A stretch of 60,642 nucleotides of DNA from Dehalococcoidia bacterium (GCA_028711995.1 JAQTRE010000004.1:1-60642); one strand, 5' to 3'; positions 39,602-47,854 are shown, counted from the first letter of the stretch. The notes: generated by a model not told the origin, from the letters alone. Translations and numbers: made by a program.

Positions 39602-39743
39602 CGGACACTTCCAGATTTTCGTTAGGCTTTGATTATACCGCATTGTATCTGATTCGTCATGGAGGTCACCAAAATGCTCAAAGGCTGATGGCTTCTGATC
39701 CGGCATAGCCGGAACCAAATGCAACAGAGGAAAGCCCAGAGGA

Positions 39744-39937
39744 TGTCATTGCGAGCCCCGCAGGGGCGCGGCAATCTCCGTAATATCATCTCAGTATTCA
39801 GCCTCTCTCCCCCTGAGATTGCTTCGTCGCCGGTGGCTCCTCGCAAAGACACTTGAACTGTCATTGCGAATGAAATGTGGCAATCTCCTTTTTCCCGCCC
39901 TGGGATTACTTCGTCGCCGACGGCTCCTCGCAAAGAC
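39744..39937. repeat. two family A hairpin repeats, near-identical to the outer units of 38673-39045
   Basis: 39745-39806 is almost letter-for-letter the same as 38674-38735 (gtcattgcgagccccgcaggggcgcggcaatctccgtaatatcatctcagtattcagcctctc). Confidence 0.9.
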
Positions 39938-39978
39938 ATTTTTCTTTTCTGCGTTCTCTGCGGTGAAATTTAGACCAA

Positions 39979-40192
39979 CGCCATTGCCGTCAAAGGTGGC
40001 CACACGGTGGAGCGGGTCCGTATGGAAAGGAGACGGGCAAGTGAATCCCTCCCGGCCTCCCTTTACGAAAGGGAGGAGCAAAAGTCCCCCTCTTTTGAAA
40101 GGGGGACTGCGAGGAGGATTTCCCGTTACGCCGCCCGGGGGGCTGCGCTCATTGCCCGGGATGGGGTGAGGGAGAAGAGAATCTCTGATTGA
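39979..40192 (+). pseudogene. copy 4 of the activase 3' end, with its centre replaced by G-rich palindromic repeats
   Basis: Keeps ..gccgtcaaaggtggccacacggtggagcgggtccgtatggaaa and ..gctgcgctcattgcccgggatggggtgagggagaag..tga. The middle is ggcaagtgaatccctcccggcctcccttt.cgaaagggagg..ccccctcttttgaaagggggac. Confidence 0.75.
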
Positions 40193-40208
40193 GAGACTGT
40201 GACCCGCT

Positions 40209-40406
40209 TCATCCTGCTATTTGCTGGTAAGAGAATTCACTGATATCCGTCTGGTGTTTGGCATGTTCAACCGTCATACTCACCAGTTGACCCTCCTTAT
40301 CCAATTCAACCAGGATAGTCTCGTTCAGGTCATGGGTATCGGCTATTCTTTTATCGCTGAAAGTCAGGAGCAAGGTATCGGTATCAGGGAAATATTTAAC
40401 TTTCAT
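40209..40406 (-). CDS. DUF2283-domain protein (antitoxin-like partner of DUF4258 toxins)
   Basis: 65 aa. MKVKYFPDTDTLLLTFSDKRIADTHDLNETILVELDKEGQLVSMTVEHAK. The upstream 61-aa ORF 40396..40581 may be a decayed toxin remnant, but I could not confirm it. Confidence 0.7.
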   Translation of the reverse strand: MKVKYFPDTDTLLLTFSDKRIADTHDLNETILVELDKEGQLVSMTVEHAKHQTDISEFSYQQIAG

Positions 40407-40573
40407 GTATCCACCTCAGTTGGATATCTTTCCGATCCTCTCGCTGACGTGTGTAAAGGAAATATTGGGTGAACCTCATGCCTTGCGCCCTCTTTTGTAC
40501 TCCAACTATATTTCCATCGATAGGGTTTGTCAAGATGAAAAGATTGTTTTGTGAATCGGGATTCCTCAATAGG

Positions 40574-40769
40574 GCCACCATGGTAGAGCGGGTCCGGGTG
40601 GAAAGGAGCCCGGCAAGTGAATCCCTCCCGGCCTCCCTTTCTGAAAGGGAGGAGCAAGCGTCCCCCTTTTTTGAAAGGGGGACTGCGAGGGGGATTTCCC
40701 GTTACGCTGCCCTGGGGGCTGCGCTCATTGCCTGGGATAGGGTGCAGGAAAAGAAAGCCCTCCGGTTGA
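40574..40769 (+). pseudogene. copy 5 of the activase 3' end, same derived structure as copy 4
   Basis: gccaccatggtagagcgggtccgggtggaaaggagcccggcaagtgaatccctccc ... gctgcgctcattgcctgggatagggtgcaggaaaagaaagccctccggttga. Confidence 0.8.
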
Positions 40770-40828
40770 GAAAGAGAAGACAAGCAAATACACGTATTTG
40801 TCCTCGCATAAATGAAGGTGAGACAAAA

Positions 40829-40860
40829 GGGAACAGGCACCTCACTGGGTACCTGTTCCC
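40829..40860. terminator. hairpin between copy 5 and the pilin gene
   Basis: gggaacaggcacc-tcactg-ggtacctgttccc followed by tctttat. Lies 3' of the minus-strand pilin gene. Confidence 0.55.
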
Positions 40861-40895
40861 TCTTTATCTAACTTCTACGTCAACCATCCGAGTCT

Positions 40896-41348
40896 TTACG
40901 GATACCATTCTTGAACAACTTGTCCGTTTGCATCTACTGTGTAGTGTCCCTGAATGGCGGTTGCCCCACCACCGATTAAAGTAGTCAGGTCATCAGTACC
41001 ATCGCCATTTAAGTCAACATCGATGCTGGGAGTGGTGCCATCCTCATCATCATCACCAAAATCTAATGCAGTTGTTATTGGAGTACAGACCGGCGGAGTA
41101 GTAGTAGTGCAGTTCGACACAGCCCCTATGCCAAGATCAGCCATGGCTGCGGTTACCGCCAACTGAATGTTATCCAACTCCGTATCGGCAGCCGCTTCAT
41201 CACCACTCCCGATAAACTTACTCACATTGGGAACCACTACGGCTGCCAGCACGCCCAGGATGGCCACCACCACCAATAGTTCAATCAGGGTAAAGCCTTT
41301 TTCCTTGCGGCTGGTCTTCTTCACGGGTTTTTTTACAGGTGTTGTCAT
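40896..41348 (-). CDS. type IV pilin / pseudopilin with prepilin N-terminal cleavage-methylation motif
   Basis: 150 aa. ..KEKG|FTLIELLVVVAILGVLAAVVVPNV. C-terminal acidic DDDEDGTTPSIDVDLNGDGTDDL (DxNxDGxxD-like Ca-binding loop). Confidence 0.88.
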   Translation of the reverse strand: MTTPVKKPVKKTSRKEKGFTLIELLVVVAILGVLAAVVVPNVSKFIGSGDEAAADTELDNIQLAVTAAMADLGIGAVSNCTTTTPPVCTPITTALDFGDDDEDGTTPSIDVDLNGDGTDDLTTLIGGGATAIQGHYTVDANGQVVQEWYP

Positions 41349-41651
41349 ATCTTGTTTCCTCCTTTATTTTGGGCAACTTGGGTTGCCCTGCCTAAATGAC
41401 ATCGGGTTCATGATTGCTGTTGTTCCCGCTATCTACAATTCTCCACCTCCTGATGCCTAGTTGGTAAATAATCCGTAAACATTAACAGGTGATTAAATGT
41501 TATTCCGTGAGCCCATCAGGGTAAATAGCCCAAAAGGGGTAGACGGAGTGGGTATATCGTACTAGGGGGCGCAACTGTCTTTATTCAACGCCCCCTGCAG
41601 CTTTGCCGCTTCCCCCTCTTTGCGAAAGAGGGGGACCAGAGGGGGAGTTTC

Positions 41652-41775
41652 GAGATTGCCGCGCGGAGTTTATCCTGAGCCCTTCGACACGCTCAGGACA
41701 GGCCTGACGAAGGGCTCGCCATGACAGGCCAAATGTCTTTGCGAGGGAGCCACCGGCGACGAAGCAATCTCAGGG
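41652..41775. repeat. composite family A/B palindromic repeat
   Basis: gagattgccgcgcggagtttatcctgagcccttcgacacgctcaggacaggcctgacgaagggctcgccatgaca..tgtctttgcgagggagccaccggcgacgaagcaatctc. Confidence 0.8.
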
Positions 41776-41826
41776 CAGGCGGAGAGAGCTTGCAGAATGC
41801 TCGATTAATCACACCGAACTACACAA

Positions 41827-41855
41827 TTGCACGGAAAGCGTGAATCAGATATAAT
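41827..41855 (+). promoter_or_regulatory. sigma70-like promoter of higBA
   Basis: TTGCAC, 17 nt, TATAAT, ending 18 nt before the GTG at 41874. Confidence 0.5.
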
Positions 41856-41873
41856 TTCACTTGTGAGGGCAAC

Positions 41874-42164
41874 GTGATTGAATCCTTTGGTAACGGCGCA
41901 ACAGAAGACCTGTACCACGGACGCAGCACGAATCGAGTGCGTCGTTTCCCGCCGGAGATAAGAATCATGGCTGTTCGTAAACTGGATATTCTCAATGCGG
42001 CCCATCGTTTGGAAGACCTGCGTGAACCGCCCGGCAATCGTTTGGAGACCTTAAGAGGCGACTTGCTGGGTTATCATAGTATCCGCGTCAATGATCAATG
42101 GAGGATTATTTTCCAGTGGGAAAACAACAACGCCTATGCGGTATCGTTGACGGACTATCACTGA
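41874..42164 (+). CDS. higB: HigB-type toxin (plasmid maintenance killer protein, RelE/ParE superfamily)
   Basis: 96 aa. IESFGNGATEDLYHG...RFPPEI...A.RKLD.LNAA..LEDLREPPGNRLE.L.GDL.GYHSIRVNDQWRIIFQWE...A..V.L.DYH. Confidence 0.88.
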   Translation: MIESFGNGATEDLYHGRSTNRVRRFPPEIRIMAVRKLDILNAAHRLEDLREPPGNRLETLRGDLLGYHSIRVNDQWRIIFQWENNNAYAVSLTDYH

Positions 42165-42182
42165 GCAAAAGAGGGAAGAGAG

Positions 42183-42470
42183 ATGTTGCCGGAAAATAGA
42201 GTAACCACGCACCCTGGAGAGATACTGAAAGCGGAGTTCCTGGATCCGATGGGGATAACGCAGATGGCGTTTGCACAACACATTGGGGTACCGCTACAGC
42301 GGGTGAATGAAGTGATACGGGGTAAGCGAGGGGTCACACCCGAAACAGCGTGGCTGTTTTCACAAGCCCTGGGAACAACTCCTCAGTTCTGGATGAACCT
42401 GCAAAACGCCTATGATCTGACCAGCAAGCGACCGCAACGGTCAGTGGAACGTTTGGCGAAGGCTGCATAA
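42183..42470 (+). CDS. higA: HigA-family antitoxin (XRE-type HTH)
   Basis: 95 aa. HPGEILKAEFLDPMGITQMAFAQHIGVPLQRVNEVIRGKRGVTPETAWLFSQALGTTPQFWMNLQNAYDL. Confidence 0.9.
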   Translation: MLPENRVTTHPGEILKAEFLDPMGITQMAFAQHIGVPLQRVNEVIRGKRGVTPETAWLFSQALGTTPQFWMNLQNAYDLTSKRPQRSVERLAKAA

Positions 42471-42597
42471 ACTGTATCCAGGTTGAGGTGATGGTCTGAT
42501 GAAAGGTGGGGCAATCCCCCTATTTGACGGATGGGCTGGTTTATGGCAAGCTAAGGATCGGATGGGATCGTTTCATCATCGTTCAGGAGATTAAGTT

Positions 42598-42795
42598 ATG
42601 TCTACATCTGTGAAGCAACTTCTCGATACTTTCGATCGTTTGCCTGATGCGGACAAGCGGGAAATGGCAGCTGAAATAATGCGCCGCACGGTGAAGCTTG
42701 ACCTGTCACCTCTAGCAGATGAATATCTCGTTTTGAATGCGGAAGACCTATTTCTGGAACTCGATAAAAGAGAGTCTTTAGCTATTGGCCTCTGA
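42598..42795 (+). CDS. small acidic antitoxin-like protein (addiction-module-component-like), no adjacent toxin
   Basis: 65 aa. VKQLLDTFDRLPDADKREMAAEIMRR..EDLFLELDKRE. Good SD (aggaga). The family assignment is tentative. Confidence 0.4.
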   Translation: MSTSVKQLLDTFDRLPDADKREMAAEIMRRTVKLDLSPLADEYLVLNAEDLFLELDKRESLAIGL

Positions 42796-42959
42796 TCCAC
42801 GGCACAACAGCCTCCCCCAGCGCATGAGTTTTCTTAGCCTCAAAGACCCCAATAATGACATGGCAAATGTCTTTGCGAGAAACGGATACCGCCGGCGGCG
42901 GCATACACCCAAATAGAAACTGTCACTTGGGCCTTTGTCTACCCCACCCCAGGAGAAGG

Positions 42960-43002
42960 GTTGTTGCAGGGAGTTGCGCTTGGCGCAACTCCCTGCAACA
43001 AC
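42960..43002. repeat. perfect 20-bp-stem hairpin
   Basis: gttgttgcagggagttgcgc-ttg-gcgcaactccctgcaacaac. Confidence 0.95.
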
Positions 43003-43146
43003 AAACACTTTCCCCCATGATTGGGGGATCAAGGGGGTTGACCCGCTGGAACGGCGTATGAGCATCACGAGTTTCTGAGTAGGAACGGCAGGTGATTGAT
43101 CTGACATGAGGTTGAGTTGTACATGCAAAAGATGTACAATCAGGCT

Positions 43147-43431
43147 ATGAGATACGAGTGGGACCCGCAGAAGAACGAGCGGCTGAAGGAAGAACGGGGC
43201 ATCTCTTTCGAGAAAATAGTGTTTCATCTGTCTCAAGGCGACGTCTGGAAGATTGCCGATCATCCCGACCAGGAGAATTATCCAGAGCAGAAGATATATT
43301 TCGTCATTGTGGAGGGTTATGTTTATCTTGTGCCTCATGTTGTTGAAAGGGATTACATTTTCTTGAAGACGATCATTCCCAGCAGAAAGACAACCAGAGA
43401 GTACAAGAAGGATAAGGAGGCTGAAATATGA
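43147..43431 (+). CDS. brnT: BrnT-family toxin (DUF497)
   Basis: MRYEWDPQKNERLKEERGISFEKIVF...YFVIVEGYVYLVPHV..D.IFLKTIIPSRK. An upstream ATG at 43123 is an alternative start. Confidence 0.8.
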   Translation: MRYEWDPQKNERLKEERGISFEKIVFHLSQGDVWKIADHPDQENYPEQKIYFVIVEGYVYLVPHVVERDYIFLKTIIPSRKTTREYKKDKEAEI

Positions 43432-43700
43432 AACACGACAAAGAAGAAAAGACCATCATTAATGCTTACGAAACCGGCAGTATGAAACTCTCGACTCCGT
43501 CTGAAGCGGAAATCGCAGCCATTAAAGCCACGGCACGGAAGACGCTGGTAAAAGACAAACGGATCACTATCCGGCTTTATGAGCATGATTATCGCGGCAT
43601 CCAGAAGAAAGCTCTGGAAATGGGCATCCCCTATCAGACGCTGATCTCCGGAATAATTCATCGATACATTGAAGGCGACCTGACCTCGAAAACCGGATAA
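43428..43700 (+). CDS. brnA: BrnA-type antitoxin (RHH/CopG-like)
   Basis: 90 aa. KDKRITIRLYEHDYRGIQKKALEMGIPYQTLISGIIHRYIEGDL. ATGA overlap with brnT. Confidence 0.8.
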   Translation: MKHDKEEKTIINAYETGSMKLSTPSEAEIAAIKATARKTLVKDKRITIRLYEHDYRGIQKKALEMGIPYQTLISGIIHRYIEGDLTSKTG

Positions 43701-43751
43701 CCCTGTCAATTCAGACCGCAAGGGCATCCTCCGTTAGCATGACACGTCAAA

Positions 43752-43846
43752 AGTCTTTGCGAGGAGCTACCGGGAGACGAAGCAATCTCAAGGCAGGCGC
43801 AAGCAGAGATTGCCGCGCCCCGATTTCATCGGGACTCGCAATGACA
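43752..43846. repeat. family A hairpin repeat
   Basis: agtctttgcgaggagctaccgggagacgaagcaatctcaaggcaggcgcaagcagagattgccgcgcc..ctcgcaatgaca. Confidence 0.85.
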
Positions 43847-44222
43847 CCTGAGGTTTCCCCCTTCCGATAATTGGGGTCCACCCTCATTCCTCCGGACAGG
43901 CATTGGTGTATAATCAGGAATCACTGAACGCATGGGCTGATCGGCTGTTTGCCGGAAAAGAGCAAATTCTGGGCAAACAGAGATTCTTCGCTGCACTGTT
44001 CAGCCCCCCTGGATTACAGGGGGAGAAGCCTTGATCCGTCTCCCCGGTGAAAACCGGGGTCCAAGAGCGACTGGATTCCGGCCTTCGCCGGAAAGACGAA
44101 TGGCGTGTGATTGCCTTGTCGTACGGAGTTTCTTGTCAAGCGCATTCCGCGCGGGCGGAATCGGCAACTCAGAATGACATGTCCGAAGAGCCCATACGAA
44201 CACCCTGGGAGCGGATGGTAAT

Positions 44223-44981
44223 TTGATATTCGTAATGTTCCTGATCGGGATTGCGATCGGCAGCTTCCTGAATGTGGTCATCGACCGCCTGCCGGAAGGC
44301 CAATCTCTGGTGCGGCCTCCTTCCCATTGCCCCAACTGTGGAAATCGTCTGGCGAGAAAGGACCTGATCCCACTGATTAGCTATCTCCGGTTGAGAGGTC
44401 GCTGCCGATACTGCCAGGCTCACATCCCATGGCGGCTTTTCTGCATAGAACTAGCAACGGGGATTATCTTCGCCCTTTTGTGGTGGCATTACGGCTCTGA
44501 AGCTGAATTCGCGATCATGGCTGTTTACAGTTGTATCTTCCTGGTGATCTTCGTCATCGACCTGGATCACTGCCTGATTCTGGACAAAGTAGTGTTTCCA
44601 GCGAGCGTCTTTGCGCTGGCTACCATCCCCCTTCGCGACGATATCACCATCACCGAATCGCTGATCGGCGGCGTCAGCGGCCTAGTCCTCCTTGGCCTGG
44701 TGGTCTGGGTTGTGCCGATGATGATTGGCCGTGAAGCCATGGGATTGGGAGATGTCAAAATGGCCCTCCTGATGGGGCTGGCAAACGGAGTTGCGGGGAT
44801 ATTCGTGGCCCTGTTTGTGGGCATCGTCACCGGGGGGCTGGTGGCTATCGCATTAGTATTGTTGAAACTGAGAGGACGAAAGGATGCCATTCCCTTTGGC
44901 CCGTTTCTGGCCATCGGAGCCATGACCGCCTTGCTATGGGGGAGTGATATCTGGGATTGGTATACCCATCCGTTCAACTAG
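44223..44981 (+). CDS. pilD: prepilin peptidase (A24 family, PilD-like)
   Basis: 252 aa. GSFLNVVIDRLPEGQSLVRPPSHCPNCGNRL...DLIPL.SYL.LRGRCRYC zinc-finger N-terminus, GLGDVKM and PFGPFLA active-site regions. Confidence 0.92.
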   Translation: MIFVMFLIGIAIGSFLNVVIDRLPEGQSLVRPPSHCPNCGNRLARKDLIPLISYLRLRGRCRYCQAHIPWRLFCIELATGIIFALLWWHYGSEAEFAIMAVYSCIFLVIFVIDLDHCLILDKVVFPASVFALATIPLRDDITITESLIGGVSGLVLLGLVVWVVPMMIGREAMGLGDVKMALLMGLANGVAGIFVALFVGIVTGGLVAIALVLLKLRGRKDAIPFGPFLAIGAMTALLWGSDIWDWYTHPFN

Positions 44982-45025
44982 TACTTGCTCAGATTGGTCT
45001 GCGTTATGGGCCTTTTCTTCCCCGA

Positions 45026-45096
45026 TCCCCTTCGACAAGCTCAGGGCGAACGGGGAAGAAAAGGTGTTCCGTTCGTGGTGAGCCTGTCGAACCATC
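45026..45096. repeat. family B palindromic repeat
   Basis: ccccttcgacaagctcagggcgaacgg..ccgttcgtggtgagcctgtcgaaccat. Almost identical to 18912-18986. Its antisense translation gives the spurious peptide MVRQAHHERN. Confidence 0.9.
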
Positions 45097-45245
45097 AGGC
45101 TCTCGAAGTATGAACGCATGGTATAGCGCATATTTGCAAGCAAGTACCAGCTTTGGAGGGAAGAGCTTTTCCGGCAATCCTTCTCGGAAAGGCAGGCCGT
45201 GCCAAGTTAGCGGATAGTAGCTCAGAGTCGAAACGCTTCACAACT

Positions 45246-45274
45246 TTGACCTTTTCACACTTGGAGCGTATAAT
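45246..45274 (+). promoter_or_regulatory. near-consensus sigma70 promoter of clpC
   Basis: TTGACC, 17 nt, TATAAT, about 30 nt before the clpC ATG. Confidence 0.55.
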
Positions 45275-45304
45275 CCAGATAGGTTTAAGAACTAGGGGTA
45301 AAAG

Positions 45305-47779
45305 ATGTCAAGTCGATTTGATAAATTCACCGAGAGAGCCCGAAAAGTCCTGGCCCTTGCCCAGGAAGAAGCGCAGCGCTTCAACCATAATTACATTAGT
45401 ACCGAGCATATCTTGCTGGGTATAGTGAGTGAGGGAACCGGCGTAGGCACAAAGGTTCTGGCCAATCTTGGCGTGGAACTACCGAAAATCAGGACGGCAG
45501 TCGAGTTCATCATTGGCCGGGGCGAAAGCAAAGGCCAGGGAGAGGTGGGGCTGACTCCGCGGGCAAAGAAGGTGATCGAACTTGCCGTCGATGAAGCCAG
45601 ACACCTGAACCACAACTACATCGGCACAGAGCATCTGCTTCTGGGTTTGTTGCGCGAAGATGAAGGGGTAGCCGCAGGGGTGCTGGAAAGCCTTGGCGTC
45701 ACTCTTGAGAAAGCCCGGGCAGAGGTTACGCGCTTCCTCAGTGAAAGCGTGCCGCAGCATCGCGCCGGGACCGGAGCTAAAACTGCTTCCAAAACCCCCA
45801 CGCTCGATCAGTTAGGGATAGATCTAACTGCTGCCGCTGCCGCTGGAAAGCTCGACCCCGTTGTGGGTCGAGAGAAGGAACAGCAAAGGGTAATCCAGAT
45901 ACTCAGCCGACGCAGAAAAAACAACCCCGTTCTCATCGGAGAGGCAGGAGTGGGCAAGACGGCCATTGCCGAAGCGATTGCTCACCGCATTGCCAACGGC
46001 ACCATCCCCGAAACCCTGCGAGGGAAGAGGCTGCTGACACTCGATATCGGAGCGCTCGTTGCCGGGACCAAGTATCGGGGAGAATTCGAGGAGCGCCTCA
46101 AAAAGGTCCTCGCAGAGTTGAAGGCGGCAGGAAACTGCATGCTGTTTATCGATGAATTACACACTCTCGTGGGTGCGGGAGCTGCAGAAGGCGCCGTTGA
46201 TGCATCCAGCCTGCTCAAGCCCTCACTGGCGCGAGGAGAGATTCAATGCATCGGGGCCACCACGGCTAATGATTTTCGCAAATACATCGAAAAAGACACC
46301 GCGCTTGAGCGCCGGTTCCAACCTATTCGGGTGGAAGAGCCCAGTGTGGAAGAAACGGTTGAAATCCTCCGCGGAATAAAGTCGCGTTATGAAGACCACC
46401 ATGAATTGATAATCAGTGATGAAGCTATTAAGGCTGCAGCTTCACTGGCGTCCCGCTACATACCGGACCGCTTCCTCCCGGACAAGGCAATCGATCTCAT
46501 CGATGAAGCGGCTTCAAGGGTGCGGATTGACAGCCTAACGCCTCCGCTTCCGGTATCAGAACTGGAAAAGGCTCTCGAGTCCGTTCGCCGGGAGAAAGAT
46601 CAGGCCATTGCCAAGCAACAATATGAGTTTGCCGCCGAGCTTCGAGATCGAGAGTTAAAGCTGGAAGAGAAGGTAGTCAAGGCGCAAAAGGATTGGAAGC
46701 AGGTCAAAACCGCCGGGAAAGTGGAAGTTCTCGAGGAAGATATCGCCAAAGTCGTCGAGATGTGGACGGGTATCCCGGCCACCAAACTGGCGGCCGATGA
46801 GACCAGCCGTCTGCTCAAGATGGAAGAGGCCTTGCACAAGCGCATCATCGGACAGGATGAAGCCATCGAACTGATCTCCAAGTCGGTCAGAAGAGCCAGG
46901 GCAGGGCTCAAAGATACCAGGAAGCCCATCGGAACATTTATTTTTCTGGGACCAACGGGTGTAGGGAAAACTGAACTGGTCCGGGCATTGGCTGAATTCA
47001 TGTTCGGCAGCGAGGATGCCCTGATCCGGATCGATATGTCCGAGTTCATGGAGAAGCATGCCGTAGCCAGGCTTGTAGGCGCGCCTCCGGGGTACATTGG
47101 CTATGAGGAAGGAGGGCAACTCACCGAGGCGGTCAGACGTAAATCGTATTCCGCCATCCTTCTTGACGAAATCGAAAAGGCGCATCCCGACGTGTTCAAC
47201 ATCCTCCTTCAGATATTCGATGACGGACATCTCACCGATGCCAAAGGAAGACGCGTGGACTTCCGCAATACGATCATCATCATGACGAGCAACATTGGTG
47301 CGGAGACAATCAAGAAGGGAAGCGCCATCGGCTTCATGAGCCGCACGGATGAAACCAAGGTGGCCCAGGTTACATACGAGAAAATGAGGGATAAGCTGCT
47401 TGAGGAGATGAAGAAAACATTCCGGCCGGAATTCATCAATCGGCTGGATGGTGCGGTGGTCTTCCACTCTCTCACCAAAGAGCACATCCTTCAAATTGTC
47501 GATCTGATGCTCTCGCAAGTGCGAAAACAACTTAAGGAACAGGATATTGGACTTGAGGTAAGCACCCCGGCCAAGGAACTGCTGGCAGATAAGGGTTTTG
47601 ATGCCGCTTTCGGGGCTCGTCCTTTAAGAAGGACGATTCAGACGATGATCGAGGATCCTCTTTCGGATATGATTCTTCGAGGCGAGTTCCATGTGGGGGA
47701 CACGGTGCACATTGATCGGGAAGGCGAAAGCATTGTGTTCAGGGCAGCAGCTGTTCCGCTGGCGGTCTCGCCTGCTTAA
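45305..47779 (+). CDS. clpC: ATP-dependent Clp protease ATP-binding subunit ClpC
   Basis: 824 aa. Two Clp_N repeats, Walker [13 protein letters not shown] and [14 protein letters not shown]-like linker ([13 protein letters not shown]). Confidence 0.95.
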   Translation: MSSRFDKFTERARKVLALAQEEAQRFNHNYISTEHILLGIVSEGTGVGTKVLANLGVELPKIRTAVEFIIGRGESKGQGEVGLTPRAKKVIELAVDEARHLNHNYIGTEHLLLGLLREDEGVAAGVLESLGVTLEKARAEVTRFLSESVPQHRAGTGAKTASKTPTLDQLGIDLTAAAAAGKLDPVVGREKEQQRVIQILSRRRKNNPVLIGEAGVGKTAIAEAIAHRIANGTIPETLRGKRLLTLDIGALVAGTKYRGEFEERLKKVLAELKAAGNCMLFIDELHTLVGAGAAEGAVDASSLLKPSLARGEIQCIGATTANDFRKYIEKDTALERRFQPIRVEEPSVEETVEILRGIKSRYEDHHELIISDEAIKAAASLASRYIPDRFLPDKAIDLIDEAASRVRIDSLTPPLPVSELEKALESVRREKDQAIAKQQYEFAAELRDRELKLEEKVVKAQKDWKQVKTAGKVEVLEEDIAKVVEMWTGIPATKLAADETSRLLKMEEALHKRIIGQDEAIELISKSVRRARAGLKDTRKPIGTFIFLGPTGVGKTELVRALAEFMFGSEDALIRIDMSEFMEKHAVARLVGAPPGYIGYEEGGQLTEAVRRKSYSAILLDEIEKAHPDVFNILLQIFDDGHLTDAKGRRVDFRNTIIIMTSNIGAETIKKGSAIGFMSRTDETKVAQVTYEKMRDKLLEEMKKTFRPEFINRLDGAVVFHSLTKEHILQIVDLMLSQVRKQLKEQDIGLEVSTPAKELLADKGFDAAFGARPLRRTIQTMIEDPLSDMILRGEFHVGDTVHIDREGESIVFRAAAVPLAVSPA

Positions 47780-47854
47780 ATGAAAGATACAGCCGGATTT
47801 GCTGTAAGCAAGAGGGAAGCTAAATTAGCTTCCCTCTTTGGTATCGGAAACGAT

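Larger units (their letters stand above)
36781..40790. other. cassette array: TA modules alternating with direct copies of the activase 3' end and hairpin repeats
   Basis: See the individual features and findings. Five same-orientation copies of the activase 3' region delimit four TA-type cassettes. Confidence 0.8.

Noticed and set aside
40396-40581. 61-aa ORF upstream of the DUF2283 gene as its DUF4258 toxin partner.
   Set aside because: The position is right, but I could not recognise DUF4258 motifs and the ORF is short. It is at best a decayed remnant and was left uncalled.
36541-40769. Diversity-generating retroelement (template/variable repeats) or pilS-like silent cassettes for gene conversion.
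   Set aside because: Differences between the copies are not adenine-specific and are spread over all bases. There is no reverse transcriptase. The repeated gene encodes a cytoplasmic ATPase, not the adjacent pilin, and copies 3-5 are disrupted by repeats.
36781-44222. Chromosomal integron / attC cassette array.
   Set aside because: There is no intI, Pc or attI. The cassettes are in mixed orientations. The hairpin repeats also occur outside the island (for example between the two activase genes and in ordinary intergenic regions). I did not see R''/R' GTTRRRY-type core sites at cassette ends.
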